A DNA stretch of 64,000 bases, taken from assembly GCF_009914755.1 (NCBI RefSeq), contig NC_060944.1. One strand, written 5' to 3'. This stretch comes from the human T2T-CHM13v2.0 reference genome, Homo sapiens. The translations under genes were made by a program, and so were the position numbers. Positions 25,746-41,661 of this stretch are shown in pieces (positions within the stretch are counted from its first letter, which is position 1; the number at the start of each line of letters is the position of its first letter). Under the pieces are notes generated by a model that was not told where the DNA came from, made no database searches, and worked only from the letters and a program-made list of their open reading frames with translations.

Positions 25746-27186
25746 TATTTATGTTACCTGTTCCAATGTTCCCTTCCATCATCAGTCCAAGCACTGAGAA
25801 CCAGCTCCAATGGCATGATTTAAGGTTTTTCTAGATACAGATGACCAGTTTGGAGTACAACAAATTTCCAAACTGCCACTCTAGAATACATGTGCAGAAT
25901 GAGACTCATATCTTCAATCATAGGCACCTTTTCTCAAGATGTTAAATTTGAAAATGACAGTCTTTACTGGTGGCAGTACAAGCCCAGACTAATAATAAAA
26001 TGAAATAAATTAAAAGTCAGTGAACTCTCATTAGGTTGAATATGAAACCCAAGTATCAATTCTTAAAGGCTCATCAAAATCCTCAAGGAGTTGGTGCAAA
26101 GCTGGGTATCACAGACAAGTGATGCAGGCAGCCCTCAAAGAGAGGAATATAAAATAATAACACTCAGAGGGCCAAGGAACTGCCCAGATTCACCTTTGTG
26201 AACTCAGTATCTAGGACAGACCAATAATGTAAGTACAGTACACATATACTAGTTGGGCAAGTAGGTGGAATGAATTTATATATGAGGGGCCCACTGGCTA
26301 ATTTCACCACTTATGCTGTTTTCTTCCTTCACCCCCAAATGACTTAAGGGTTAAAGATTATAAGGAAACAATTTTTACAAGGCAGTCATTCTAGATTCTC
26401 AGCCTTCTGTGATATGTTTGCAGTAACTCTTGCCCTGGCCAAATCCTCTCTATGTACAAGAATACCACCAGCTATTGAAAGCACAAAACAACCTCATATG
26501 CTGTATACTGGGAGATATCAAGCTCTGTCCACAAAAGTGGAATTAGACTAATGTGACTCACTTTAACAACTGAGCTTTAAGCAGCTGGCTCCACTTTGAA
26601 ATTCACCCTAAATTCTGTTCACAGTGTAATGCCAGAGTTTCTTAACAACCTCTGTTTTCTGTGAACATGAACTCTTTCTAGATTCCATATCCATCCCTTG
26701 GATCCAGATTCAACTGCTAACTTGGTAGATTCCTTAGCTTCTGCTCTCAGAGTTACCTACTCCTGAACAAATAACAGTACTGAGCTGCTTCTGCTTGAAG
26801 CTTTTAAAAGCTACACACTGAGTCTCTCCTATCACCACCAGTTCCCAAACAAGTCTACAGTTGTTGTTATCATTAACTCCTATATGGGAGTTACAGTGGG
26901 ATTCCAAATCTCTTAGTGAAGAAAAAGAAGGTCTGGTGATTTGTCAGCTGTGAGAAGGATATATCATGACAAAGATAAAAGCAAAGACAACGCTTACAGA
27001 AGACAGCAGTGATATTTTATTTAGACCAAGAACAAAGAGGTATCTGTGAGGCCATAAAAAAGCTTAGAAGTTGCTGCTTAAAGTCTTGGTAAGAAGAATG
27101 ACAGCAAAATGAAGAAGTGTAAGTTGCTCTACTGACGGCTTCAGAGTTACCAATTTGATACCAAAAGAAAGGAAGTCTGGCCATTA

Positions 27187-27415
27187 ATTTTTTTTTTTTT
27201 TTTTTTTTTAGACAGAGTCTTGCTCTGTTGCCCATGCTGGACTGCAATGGCACGATCTCAGCTCACTGCACCCTCCACCTCCCGGTTCAAGTGATTCTCC
27301 TGCCTCAGCCTTCCGAGTAGCTGGGACTACAGGTGCCGCCAACACACCTGGCCAATTTTTATATTTTTAGTAGAAACGGGTTTCATCATGTTGGCCAGGC
27401 TGGTCTCAAACTCCT
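27187..27415 (-). mobile_element. 5'-truncated AluS
   Basis: Poly-T plus Alu ending at ggtctcaaactcct; TSD tggccatta at 27178-27186 and 27416-27424. Confidence 0.9.
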
Positions 27416-27589
27416 TGGCCATTAGTATTTTTGTTGAATGAATTAGATATCTATTTTTAGACATTAAGTTAGACAACCTTCATATGGTTTTTAAACATTA
27501 AAAAAAAAAGGATGAGATACCCTGGATTATATTTCCTCTATTCTAGACTGGATCTTGTTTTAAAGCTTTTACTTTTTGAATCAGGTTAC

Positions 27590-27870
27590 ACCATATTTTA
27601 AATTTTAATGAAATATAATAGACATTATAATAGAAAGCACAGCTCTTCACAAACTGCACACAGCTGTGTAACCAGCATCCCCATCCAGAAACAGAACATT
27701 AGCACTACAAATCCATACTCCTTTCAATACTGCTTTTCCCCAAAAGTAACCACTAGCCTGACTTCTAACAATGTAGATTAGTTTTACCTGTCCTGTGCCT
27801 TATAAAAGTGGAATTATGTAATCTGTGTTCTTGTACTTAGCTATTATTTAGTCAATACTCTTATATTTGG
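27590..27870 (-). mobile_element. Old L1M 3' fragment
   Basis: tgtaaccagcatccccatccagaaacagaacatt...gtaaccactagcctgacttctaaca...gattagttttacctg. Confidence 0.6.
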
Positions 27871-27874
27871 CTTC

Positions 27875-28620
27875 TGTGCCAGTTATCAATTTATTGCCTC
27901 TTAACTCCAAACTCACCCTTCAGTACTAGCTCTGTAATAATGGACTGGACTCTCCAGAATTCCTCCTTTACAGAGCACATGATGCTAAACCTGGTCAGCA
28001 GAGGCAGCTGGAGGGACAACGCAGGAAGAAGGGAGCTTGTCTTTTGGGTTCAAAAGCGCTGTGCTTTTGCTGTTCTTGCTCTTGCTCCAAGGTCTAGTGT
28101 AAGTATGTGGGGACATATGGTAGTGTTCTGCCTACCACATGCACAAAGCACAAAGCACATGGTCCCTCAGTGACACCAGGCCTGGTGACCACCTTCCTGT
28201 GCTCCTGTAGACACGGACAGCAGGGACTCCAGGCCTCACACACACAATAGCCTCCTGATGGCCTCTGCTGGCTTGTATCCCAGAGAGTTGTTTCCTGCAG
28301 CCCTCCTAAAAAGGATGCCATGTACCACTTCCCTCTGCATGCCCAGCTACCAGGCCTGGCTCATCTGGAACCCAAAGCGTTGTTTAACAGGGCCTTCCCA
28401 ATGCGGACTCTGCATGCCTCTGCACCTTGTAGCCACAGCGGCACCCAACTCCCTTCTGCATGCCTACCCATCAGGTTTGGTTTCTTGCTTGCCCAGCAAC
28501 TGTGTATTAACTCTGGCCCAGGCAAGCAGGGAACTCCTCTGCCACCCAATGGGCTACAACCACACCTTTACCAATTAAATCTGAACCCTAACCCTGGGAA
28601 AAAGGTCCTCTTATCCCATT
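27875..28620. mobile_element. ERVL LTR (LTR41/LTR33 family)
   Basis: tgtgccagttatcaatttattgcctcttaactccaaactcacccttc terminus is typical of LTR33/LTR41. Confidence 0.65.
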
Positions 28621-28675
28621 CAGAGTATAAATAATTATCTGAAGTTATTCAACTTTAATAACTAGGAGAGCTTAG

Positions 28676-29006
<331 letters not shown>

Positions 29007-30585
29007 AAGACCATTCTACTACCACCAATCTAGAACAGATTAAGGACATTTCACTAAACTCTTCTAAATTCTATGAAGTTTGAGGCAGTGTCATACTCGC
29101 CACTACCTTTCATTACCTAGTATAGTGCCTGGCACACAGAAGGTGCTCTGTAACTATCTGATGAATGAATGAAGATCTTGACATTGGAACTACCCATTTT
29201 ATGCAACCTAAATTCTCAAATTCCATGATTTTTAGCCTCCATGTATTATGTTACACAACAACCCTAACTGGGAAAACAATATTGCAGATTATTGTGATTA
29301 AACCATGTAAACATCCAGACCAAGTGACAAAGAAGGGCTAAATTCTGAAAGTTCCAAATTAGGAGTAAGTGATACAAATATCTGTGACCCAAGAAAGAGG
29401 GTTAAGACCTATGATCTAGTAAGGAAGGTAACACTAGCACACAAGTAACTGGAGAACAATGCAAAAAGAAAAAAACAAAAACAAACATCAAGACCTAAGC
29501 TTTAAAAACCTAAGAGCCATGCGAGTTAAGAGACTGTATAATATCAATGAAAGTTTGACAATCTATTTCATAAAGTAAGCAAGGACTGGAAGTGAAGACA
29601 GAGAAAACATGGGTAGTTCACTCTACATTTCACCACGGGAGGGGTCTCTGACCATAAGGCAGCTCTAGAGAAATCAATTCAGGTAAGGGCTACTGCAGCC
29701 CCCAGATCCAACAAACAAACTCCCAGCTCTGGGCCTTTAGAGACCACAGGGAAAAGGGCAAGAGTGGATTCCTGATCCTTATAAGCACATGGGTAAAAGC
29801 AAGGACCCATCACTCAATGTTCAGATAAATAGTGGATCTAACTTTCTCCTAAATGCAGGTCGGCAATGCCCTCAGGCAAGCAAATGTTATTTTTAGCTAT
29901 CACTACACTGAAAAGGGAAAGAGGAAGAGGGAAGGGAAGTGGGGGTGGGGGAGGAAGGAAGAGAGGGACAGGGGGTGGGGAGAGGGAGAGGCAAACCATC
30001 TAAAATGTAAATTTTATGTACTTCTTTGTATGTTATTGTTCAATAAAAAGTTTACCAAGGGAAAAAAGTGAACTGTTTTTTCATTCTCAAAGATGACGTG
30101 GGAGCTCCAAAATGCCAGCATGGGTCCTACCTATACTTGGAGATAATGAAATCATCCCCTAGTTTTTTCTTCTCTGGGATAAATATACCAGGTTCCTAGC
30201 TCCTCTACTTGGGTATTATTTAGTCACTCATACATTTTCTGCTCTCTCCTGAACCTTCCATGTTCTGTATACTCCTTAATTTACAAAGTCAAAGCTGAAC
30301 TAAGGTACTTTATCAGGTTAAAGTAGTATGAACCCTCACAAATATTCATCAAAATCAAGTCAAACCTTATGATGAAATACTAAAGGCACTCCTGTTAACA
30401 AGTTGGGACCAAGACAAAAATGCCAGCTATCAGTGAGTCTAAAGAATATGCAGAACGATTATGAGGTAATATAAACTGGAAAGAAAAACACAAAATTCTT
30501 ATTTATATATGATGTGGCTGTTTTATCTTGTAAGCCCTTAAGAAATAACTTCAAAACCATGAGAACCAAGAAAAAGAGTTTATAA

Positions 30586-31170
30586 TGAGGTAGGAAAATA
30601 GGGTCTGGAGGCAGGGAACCTGAGGCAGGGAACCTAAGGCCGATTCACGCCTACAGCTAAAGCCAAAGGAAAACCCCAACTTTCCATACAAACAAAAGGA
30701 TCGAAGGCTACACCCTTTGCAAAGCCCCCTCCTTTTCCATGTGGCCCAGGGAAAACCGATCAGACATTTGACTAGGAGTGTAACTTTGTAACTTCACTTT
30801 AGCCTCTGATTGGTTGCTTTCCCCAATCAATCAGGTGTTTGCATAGGAATGTGACCTTTGTAACTTCACTTCAGCCTCTGATTGCAGGCCACTACTTCAT
30901 TTACATAGCGTGTACATCAAGTAATCAATGGGAAACCTCTGGAGGGTATTTAAACCCCAGAAAGTTTTGTAACAGGTCCCTTGAGCCCCTATGCTCAGCC
31001 TGCTTCCACCCTGTGGAGTGTACTTTCGTTTTCAATAAATCTCTGCTTTTGTTGTTTCATTCTTTCCTTGCTTTGTTTGTACATTTTGTTCAATTCTTTC
31101 CTTGCTTTGTACATTTTGTTCAATTCTTTGTTCAAAACACCAAGAACCTGGACACCCTCTACCGGTAACA
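30586..31170 (+). mobile_element. Solo MER51-family ERV1 LTR, inside an old L1M
   Basis: tgaggtaggaaaatagggtctggaggcaggga...gacaccctctaccggtaaca; 4-bp TSD ataa at 30582-30585 and 31171-31174; CCAAT/ATTGG boxes, tatttaaa and aataaa. Confidence 0.85.
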
Positions 31171-32201
31171 ATAAGATGGCCAGTAAAAATATATATTTAT
31201 ACAAACATCAATAACTTTGTGAAAAGAAACCTCAAGCTTTCTTCACATATGCACCTGCTATGGTTCATGTCATAAATACCAAGTGAATACCAACTGGCTG
31301 CAACTGCATACTTAAGAGACTGGTGCCAAAGGAGGGCCCATCCACTCACACAGACCAGACATGAGAAGTCAACCTTCCAGAGGACAGTTCAGCCCCACAC
31401 TGGAACCGACCCCAACAGAAAAACAAAAAACAAAAAACACCATTAACGCACCCAGAATTGTGCTAATATGTCCAACATAATATTCATCTTGAATTTCCAC
31501 TACACCAAATCCAATCATTTCTCAAATTTCTCCCTTTCATTGTATGGTTTGTCCCTCCGAGGAGCTGGTCACCTCACTCAACAACCAACATGAGAAGATA
31601 TACAGGACAGTCATTAATGAAACTAAAGAATCAACTCTTTTTCAACTATAAAGTGAAGCCAAAATAAAAAAAATCCTTTTCTAAAGATGCTATGCCATAA
31701 AATCCCATAATTCTATGACTCATTCCCTAAAACTACATACCATGAAAAAAAACTTTGGGAAATGAATTATTTTGAAGAAACAGTAATATCATCTCTATTT
31801 ACTGAGTTATTTATTCTCTAGATGAAAAAGAAAGCTTCTTTTAATATAGAGGAAAAATTAATTCTTTTTTTTTCTTCAAGCAAAATTTACTAAAAAGGAA
31901 AAGCTGCACAGAAGTCAGGAAAATGATTCAGGAAATGTTTTTGCAGGAAGACACAAACATCTTTACCAAAACATGTTAGGTACTTGAAGAAATTCTCTGT
32001 ACATGAAGAAAATTAGCCCTGTAATAATAATTACCAAAATAATATACAGCATCAATATTTGAATTTGTAAACAGAATAAGTAAAAGTAAGAAATACGTTG
32101 TCTTTAAGCTCATCCCCACTATATATGTAGCGAATCAATCCCTTGAGGCCTTTACTGTTAAGTTTTACCACTGGCACAGGCCACCTGAAACTTCAAACAC
32201 A

Positions 32202-32486
32202 GGCCAGGCGTGGTGGCTCACATGTGTAATCCAGGTACTTTGGGAGGCCAAGGCGGGCAGATCACCTGAGGTCAGGAGTTCGAGACCAGCCTGGCCAACA
32301 TGGTGAAACCCTGCCTCTACTAAAATACAAAAATTAGCTGGGCGTGGTGGCATGCACCTGTAGTCCCAGGCTGAGGCACAAGAATCACTTGAACCCAGGA
32401 GGCAGAGGTTGCAGTGAGCTGAGATCGCACCACTGCACTCCAGCCTGGGCGACAGAGCAAGACTCTGTCTCCCCCCAGCAAAAAAA
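32202..32486 (+). mobile_element. AluSx-like
   Basis: Alu dimer; TSD gaaacttcaaacacag at 32187-32202 and 32487-32502. Confidence 0.93.
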
Positions 32487-33579
32487 GAAACTTCAAACAC
32501 AGACTCAAACACACAAGATGAGTACACCTCAGTCAGCACCAGACCTGAGGACGCTCCCTCATCTTTTTCCATTTTATCCCTATCAATAACATCCAACTAT
32601 TCAAACCATCAGATTGTTATTACAATGTTCAGATTCTTGAGGATGTAGTCATGTTCTCACCCACACAGATTAACCTCTTATCAGACCAACACAAAAGAAG
32701 GACCATCCAAACATAAAAACAGAGAAAGAGAAAGGTGGTTAACTTTTTTGTGAAAAACATGCCTGCTCAAATTATCTACAACTCCCATCTGAACTAACAT
32801 TTGGTAGAATAAATACACATGCTAAAGTAAAAACAGAATGAGGGACAGAAAAGGAAGGAAAGAGAATTATTTAAGAATTTGTTAAAATATAAGATACATT
32901 ACTTCAACAACAACAAAAAATCACTAAGCAAAGAGACAGCAGAAATAAACTTAGAACGAGAGAGTCTCTATAGTATCTCCTGGCTTGGTTCTACAGAGAC
33001 TTGTGGCCGCTATTTATCATGATTTGGAGAATTTGAAAAATTGTTTCTTTGGTATTGGATACCAGCTATTTGGCTTTCTGCTCCAAAAATAGCCTGAAAA
33101 TATATAGCTAAGATTTATCTGGGTGGCCGCTTTGTAACAAGCAGCTTTAACTTCAGTGCAAATAGAGTCCAAAGGTCAGAGTGGTATCCTGTGTGAATCT
33201 GTGACCTCAAGCTGTCTGCTACGTTTCTCTTGATTTTTCCATCTACTCTGACCTCAAAGATTCTCCTATAGAATCTGGGGGCTATTTCTGCTCTAAGGTC
33301 AAGTAAAAAGATTCAAAAAAAGGTTATACATTAAGAAGGACTTTCCAAAGGGAAAGCGCTAAACATTTGCTCCTTTACGTGGACATGTAGTGTGTGTGTG
33401 TCTACACACACTACACATATGTGTAAACAAAATAAATATATGTGTAGCAAACACAATAAACAAAACAAATATATGTGTAGATTATTGTATGTTGAATAAA
33501 CAGATTATCTTCCAAGGCTAGTGGGTCAGTACACTTCAGTTATTTTTCTAGTAATAGAGACACTAGACAATCCATTCTC

Positions 33580-33800
33580 TCCCTCTCTTGGAGTACAAAT
33601 TCTATAATCAACTGTCTGGGTTCACATCTTAGCCCTTGCTAGTTGTTAGCCACACAGCCAGAGCAAATCACTTAACCTCCTTAACTCAAGTTTTCCCATC
33701 TACAAAACATGACAATCATATAAGGATTAAATAAATTAGTAGATGCAAATTACAAAGTACAGTGTCTGGCACATAGAAAACACTACATGAGGTTAAATAT
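33580..33800. mobile_element. MIR
   Basis: tctgggttcacatctt...gcaaatcacttaacctcc...aaggattaaataa...cagtgtctggcacatag. Confidence 0.7.
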
Positions 33801-34263
33801 TGATATTTAAACAACAGCCATCCTAGGTTATAGAAAAAATACGTGATAACAGCAGTGAGAATAAATGACCTATATGGATTTCAGTCTTCACCATGATTCA
33901 TACTCCTCAACCAAATAAACTTTAGAATTTTATTTTCCTTTATTGAAGGAGCAAGCCCCCCACGCCCCCAATGTAGCCAGAAACCACAAATGCATAATGC
34001 AGAAACACGACTCTAGATCAAAATCTGTTACCATAAAACTGTTTAAAAATAACACATTCAAAAACAAATAGAGGAGCACTTAATTTAGCAAACTACAACT
34101 TTTAAACATTCTTATCACAATGATACCTCTTTTACAAGGCATAATCACATAAAAAGATATGGTGTATAGCGAATAAATGAATTTCCTCACAGTTTTTTAA
34201 AAAAGTTTTTTAATAAAAAATTTCCGTGTTACTTATTAACAAGATGAAAGTTTGCTCTTCTTA

Positions 34264-35385
<1,122 letters not shown>

Positions 35386-36189
35386 CTAAAGACTATACGT
35401 GAGATGTTTTAAGCATACCTCCTTGTCAGCAGAAATTCTCTGCACATTCCTATGGAGGTGTGCTTTCCACTAAGCAATGAAAATCTATTATCAAAGTATA
35501 AACAAGATGTCTTGATACCAAACTGAACTTTTCCAACCTCCTTACCCTTAGGAAAATTATTCAAAGAAACTGACCACTAAAACATGTTTTTAAACATGAT
35601 ATATATATTTCTAAGAGTTCAACAGCTTGCCTCTTTCTACTTTTCAAGCTTTTCCAACACTCATATATTTTTATACAATCAAAGAAATAATCTTTAGTAC
35701 AATAAAAGAAAAAAATTGGGTTTTTGTTTTGTTTTGCTTTTTAAAGTACATTTACAGCAATCTCTTCTCCATTTCCACTATTCCCAACTTAGGTCAGGCT
35801 ATTATCACCTCATACTTGGTATCAGTGTAGTTAAAACATTAACTGACTATATCATAGATTCATAGGTCAAGTGTATCACCAATTTCCTTTCAAAACTTAA
35901 GAAAACAGCAGTCTACTACATGTATAGAAGATGGCACTGTTCGAATGCTATAAACTACTATTTTGATAAAGGGGTTCAGCAGGCAATACAGGCACCAAAG
36001 CTATGCAAAGAGTGTTTATGTTTTGCTCTGTAACTGTCCTTTGTATCCTTTCTTGTTGGGTAAAGAAAATAGTGAATCCAAAATATTGTACCTTAACAAT
36101 ATTTTCCCAACAGCTGTCTGCCAAATATGTCTTACCAGGCTAAACTCACCTTTCTGTGACTCCCTTCTTTGCTTTACACATCTCTTGAT

Positions 36190-36460
36190 TGGCTCACCCC
36201 TGTAATCCTAGCACTTAGGGAGGCTGAGGATGGCTTGAGCCCAGAAGATCAAGACCATACTGGGCAACATAAGGACGCCCCATCTCTAAAAAAAAATAAA
36301 AAATTAGAGAACCCAGGTGTAGTGGTGCATGCCTGTGGTCCCAGCTACTTGGAAGGCTGAGACAGGAGGATTACATAAGCCTGGGAGGTCAAAGTTGCAA
36401 TGAGACGTGATTATGCCTGGGTGACACAGTGAAACCCAGTCTCAAAAAAAAAAAAAAAAA
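36190..36460 (+). mobile_element. AluJ (degenerate)
   Basis: ggatggcttgagcccag, ggaggattacataagcc; A-tail. Confidence 0.85.
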
Positions 36461-36939
36461 GGAAAAGACAACAAAAAATACATCTATTGAACATGTTTTG
36501 GCCAATAATGGTAAAAAGGAGACACTATAAAAACAACAATAAATGATGTCTTACCTTTAGGTAAGAATGAATATAGTTTTAACATACAATTCAAAATAAG
36601 CTATAAAATGAAGTACATTTGGTTGTAGTGAAAGCTAATCTGGGAAATTTATTTCTCTATTGATCTTATTCCCCTAGGAATAGGGCAGATTGTTCCTAAG
36701 GTAAGACAGAAGAGACAACATTATTGCTAGCAAAGTTGAAATTAATCAGCTCTGCTCCCTTTCTGCTGTTAATATTCCAAGCAAAGGTGGTTACTTCCTT
36801 AATTAATACAGAAGTAGTAGTTATATTTATCCACACTGATAGATGGCTTTCCACTGTTAAAGTCCTTCTACTCAAAGAACTTATCTTCTAAGAACTTAAA
36901 ATTGGATTTGTCTAATATTCACTGTTAATAATTAAGGTA

Positions 36940-37165
36940 GAATGCAGCAGCTAACATTTACTGCATTTTGTCTTAATCATCATAATCATCCCATGAGATA
37001 GGTACGGTACTATTATTGTTCCCATTGTATAGATGAGGACATTGAAGCACAAGACGGTCAAGTAACTTGCCAAAGATAACAGATCTAATAAGTAGCTAAG
37101 CTAGGATTCAAATCCAGGCAGTCTGGTTGCTGAGTCCACATTCTTAGCTGCACATGATAGGCCTG
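36940..37165. mobile_element. MIR
   Basis: cccatgagataggtac...cccattgtatagatgaggacattgaagcac...aagtaacttgccaaagat. Confidence 0.8.
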
Positions 37166-37193
37166 CCATAATGAAATAATATCACCATTATCA

Positions 37194-37487
37194 GCTGACC
37201 ACGGTGGCTCACACCTGTAATCCCAGCACTCTGGGATGCCGAGGTAGGCGGTTCACAAGGTCAAGAGATCGAGACCATCCTGGCCAACATGGTGAAACCC
37301 TGTCTCTACTAAAAATACAAAAATTAGCTGGGTGTGGTGGTGCGTGCCTATAGTCCCAGCTACTCAGGAGGCTGAGGCAGGAGAATTGCTTGAACTCAGG
37401 GAGGCGGAGGCTGCAGTGAGCCGAGATCATGCCACTGTACTCCAGCCTGACGACAGAGCGAGACTCCATCTCAAAAAAAAAAAAAAA
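37194..37487 (+). mobile_element. AluSc
   Basis: ggtcaagagatcgagaccatcctggccaacatgg diagnostic; TSD atcaccattatca. Confidence 0.92.
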
Positions 37488-40400
37488 TCACCATTATCAC
37501 CACTTGAAGTTTTCAAGGAGCAAACTGAAAAAGTAAATCTACTAGTACCTTCTTCTAAAATCCATTAGTCACATTAAATCCTGTGAAGAAATATTTAATG
37601 AGCATCTGCTGTATAGCCAGCATTGTGCTAGTAGTAAAGGGAATACTGGAGAAGCAGAAGACAGCTATTCCCTCAAAACCTTATTGTCAAGGTAGGGACA
37701 CAAAACATACATGGATAACTAGGAGAGAAAATGTATGTCTTCTCTGTATAAAAGCAACTTCCTCACAAATTCATCCATGGCCAGCCCTCACTTCTTACTT
37801 GAGTGCATTTTTAAGATACATCACAGTTGACTGTGGAAACACAGAGACAATCTTCCCAAAAACTGTTGGTGGGAGGGGCAGTGTGGGTTTCTAAGGACTA
37901 AAAATCATTAAATAATCTCAACTCAATTCAATTACTTAAAAAAAAAACCTACACCTAAAATGTAGTTAAAGAATCTACATATCCAAATACTAACAAAACA
38001 CTACCTGCTTTTAAGAAATCAGTCTCATGAGAAAGACAAATCTGCTAACAAATGTCATTTGATGCAAGAGCTGATATAACTAAGGAAGAGTTTCGGACAC
38101 GGTGAGTAGAAATAAAGGAGTAGGCAATTCCAAGGGGAAATTCTTGATAACATAAATCTTTAGGGTATTATAAAAGGAAACAATATGGAAATGTGAAACT
38201 TTATAATAATTGAAAATAGTAAAGTCATACTCCAAATCCTGTAACAGGTGCTGAATATTCTATATGCACAAATATGACTCCCTGCAAACCCCAATACCAA
38301 TGTAACAGTAGTAGTCTCAACATAAATATTTAATGTCCATCTCAGTCTCTATTGTTCTACAGTAATGTCCACCAGTCGATCAAAAACTATAAGGCATATG
38401 AAAAAGCAAAAGCAGGGAAGAACCCATATCAAAAGACAAACCAAACAAGAGAGCCAAACTAAGAAAGATGACCAAGATGTTGTAAGTATTGGAGAGGAAA
38501 TTTAAAATAACAACAATTGATATGTTAAAAAATTTAGTAGACAATATGTATGAACAGATGGCAAACTTCAACAGAAAGATGAAATATGTGACAAAGAATC
38601 AAATGGAAATGGTATAATTTTTTTAAGTCATCAGAGATTTAAAAGTTCCTTTGATGGGCTCATAAGAACACTCTACACAGTCAAGGAAGTAATCGAACTT
38701 GAAGATAGGTCACTAGAAATCACCCAAACTGCAACAAAAACGGGGAAAAAGAAGTGGAGGGAAACACAGAAAGAAGGCTGGAGAGCTGTGGGATATGATC
38801 AATGGCATCATATACATGTAACTGGAGTCCCAGATGGCAGAAGGGGATAGAGGGACTGACGCAGAAACAGTATTTGGCAGGGGGGAAAAAAAGGCTAAGA
38901 ATTCTCCAAAAATAAAGTCATCAAATCACAGCTCCAAGAAGCCCAGAGAACCCTACAGAATAAATATAAACAAGCACACAAATAAATATAATAAATACAA
39001 TAAAGAACACACATTGAGACACTTCACAGTTAAATAGCTAAAAATCAAAGTTAAACAGAAAATCTTAAATGCAGCCAGAGGGAGGAAAAAGACATTACCT
39101 TGGAAGAAGAAAATTAAAATAAAAAATTCACCAGACTACTCATCAGATTTTTTGCAATCCAGAGGACAATGGAGTAATTCTTTAAAGTAATGAAGGAAAA
39201 AAAAAACACACCTCACAACGCAGAAATATCTCCCCAAAATGAAAGCAAAACAACCAGTTTTCAGATAATTAAAAGTTAAGATAATTCAATGTCGGCATAC
39301 CTGCACTACAAGAAATGGTAAACAAAGTTCTTTAAGTAGAAGGTATATGACACTGAACAAAAATGAGGACCTACATGAAGAAGTGGATACCTCCAGAAAT
39401 GGCAAAAACAGAAGTCAATGCGAGATCTTTTTTTCACATTTTTAATCATTCTGAAAGATAACTGCCTAAAGCAAAAACAGTAGCAGTGTATTGTAGAGAT
39501 TATAAAAAATATAAAAGTAAGATGTATGACAATATCATATAGGATGAAGAGGAAAAACTGGAAATATACTGTATTGTTAGGATCTCATACTATATGAGAA
39601 GTAGTATAATATGGGAAGGTAGGTTGTGATGTATCTTGTAAATCCAAGGACAATCACTAAATTTTTATAAAAAGGTATAACTAATACATCAATAATAGAG
39701 ATAAAATTGAATTTTAAAAAACCCTCAATCTAAAAGCAGGAATAAAGAGGAAAGGGGAAACAGGTTAGAGACAAATAGAAATCAACTGGCAAGATAACAG
39801 ACTTAAATTCAACCATATTAATAATTATGTTAAATGTAAACAGTCTATACATACCAGTTAAAAGGCTGAGATTATCACAATACCCAGTTATATGTTTCTA
39901 TAAGAAATCCATTTTAAAAACATAGATAGGTTACAAGTAAAATGATGGAAAAAGATACCAAGCACATACTAATCAAAAGAAAGCTAGAGAGGTTACATAA
40001 ATTTACACAAAGTAGATTTGAAATAAATATTGAAAGCAATAGAGAGACATCACATAATGATGAGTTAATTCATCGAAAAGATATAACGATCCTTAATATG
40101 TATGCACCTGACATCAGAGCTTAACAGCATACGATGTAAGAATTCACAGAATTGTAAGGAGAAATACACATATCCATAATTAACAGTGGACTTAACACTC
40201 CACTTCTGGTAATCCATAGTGTGTAGAAAAAAATTTCTATCTAGAAGATACCAATAACACTACAACCAACTTTACCTAATTAACATTTACAGAACACCTC
40301 ACCCTACAAGAGCAGAATATACATTCTTTTCAAGTGAACATGGAACGTTCACCAATACAGCCTATATTCTTGGCCATAAAACAAACCTCAACAAATTTGA

Positions 40401-40991
40401 AAGAATTAAAATTATATTATCCAACTACAAAAAAATTAAATTTGAAATTAACAGAAAGATATCAGGAAAATCCATAAATAAAAATAAAACACATTTCTAG
40501 ACAATACATGGATCAAAAAGGAAGTAACAAGGGAAACCAGAAAATACTTGGAATAGAATCAAAATCAAAACAACATGAAAATTTACAGAATGCAACTTAA
40601 ACAGTGCTTAGACAAAAGTTTATAGCATTAAAGCTTGTATTAGGGAAGAAGAAAGACCTCAAATCAATTAAACTTCCACCTAAGAAACTAAAATTGGAGA
40701 CCAAATTAAACCCAAAGGAAGCAGAAGAAATCATAATGAACGAAAATCAATGAAATTAAGAACAGAAAAATAAGTCGTGAAAAGGAAAGAAACCAAAGCG
40801 AGTTTTTTATAAACCTCTAAGTAGAATGATCAAGTAAAAAAAGGAAAAAGACACAATTTACCAGTATTAGGACTCAAAGAGGAGACATCATGAGGTATAC
40901 ATTAAAGGAAAATAATGGAATATTATTAGCAAATTTCTGTATATAAATTTGAACTTAGATAAGTTGAATAACTCCACAAAAGTGAAAGCTA

Positions 40992-41330
<339 letters not shown>

Positions 41331-41661
41331 AAACAGAGAATTTGAACAGTCCTTTACCTATGAAAGATGGTAAATTTACAGTTAAACGCCTTCCAACAAA
41401 GAGAACTCCAGGCGCAGATGACTTCGCTGGTGAATTTTACTGTATTTAAGGAAGAAATAATATCAATTTTACATAAACTCTTCCAGAAAAGAGAAAAGGA
41501 GGGGACACTTCCCACCTCATTTCATGAGGCCAGCATTACCTTGACATCAAACGCAGCAAATACAAGAAACCATCAACCAAAGACAAAGATCAAAACAAGT
41601 GACATTAAACTCCTTAACAAAGTACCAGCAAATTGAATCCTGCAATATATAAAAAAGATAA

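Noticed and set aside
29910-29992. Purine/G-rich tract with G4 potential, and a G-run near 49003-49015
   Set aside because: Low-complexity sequence; nothing else supports a function.
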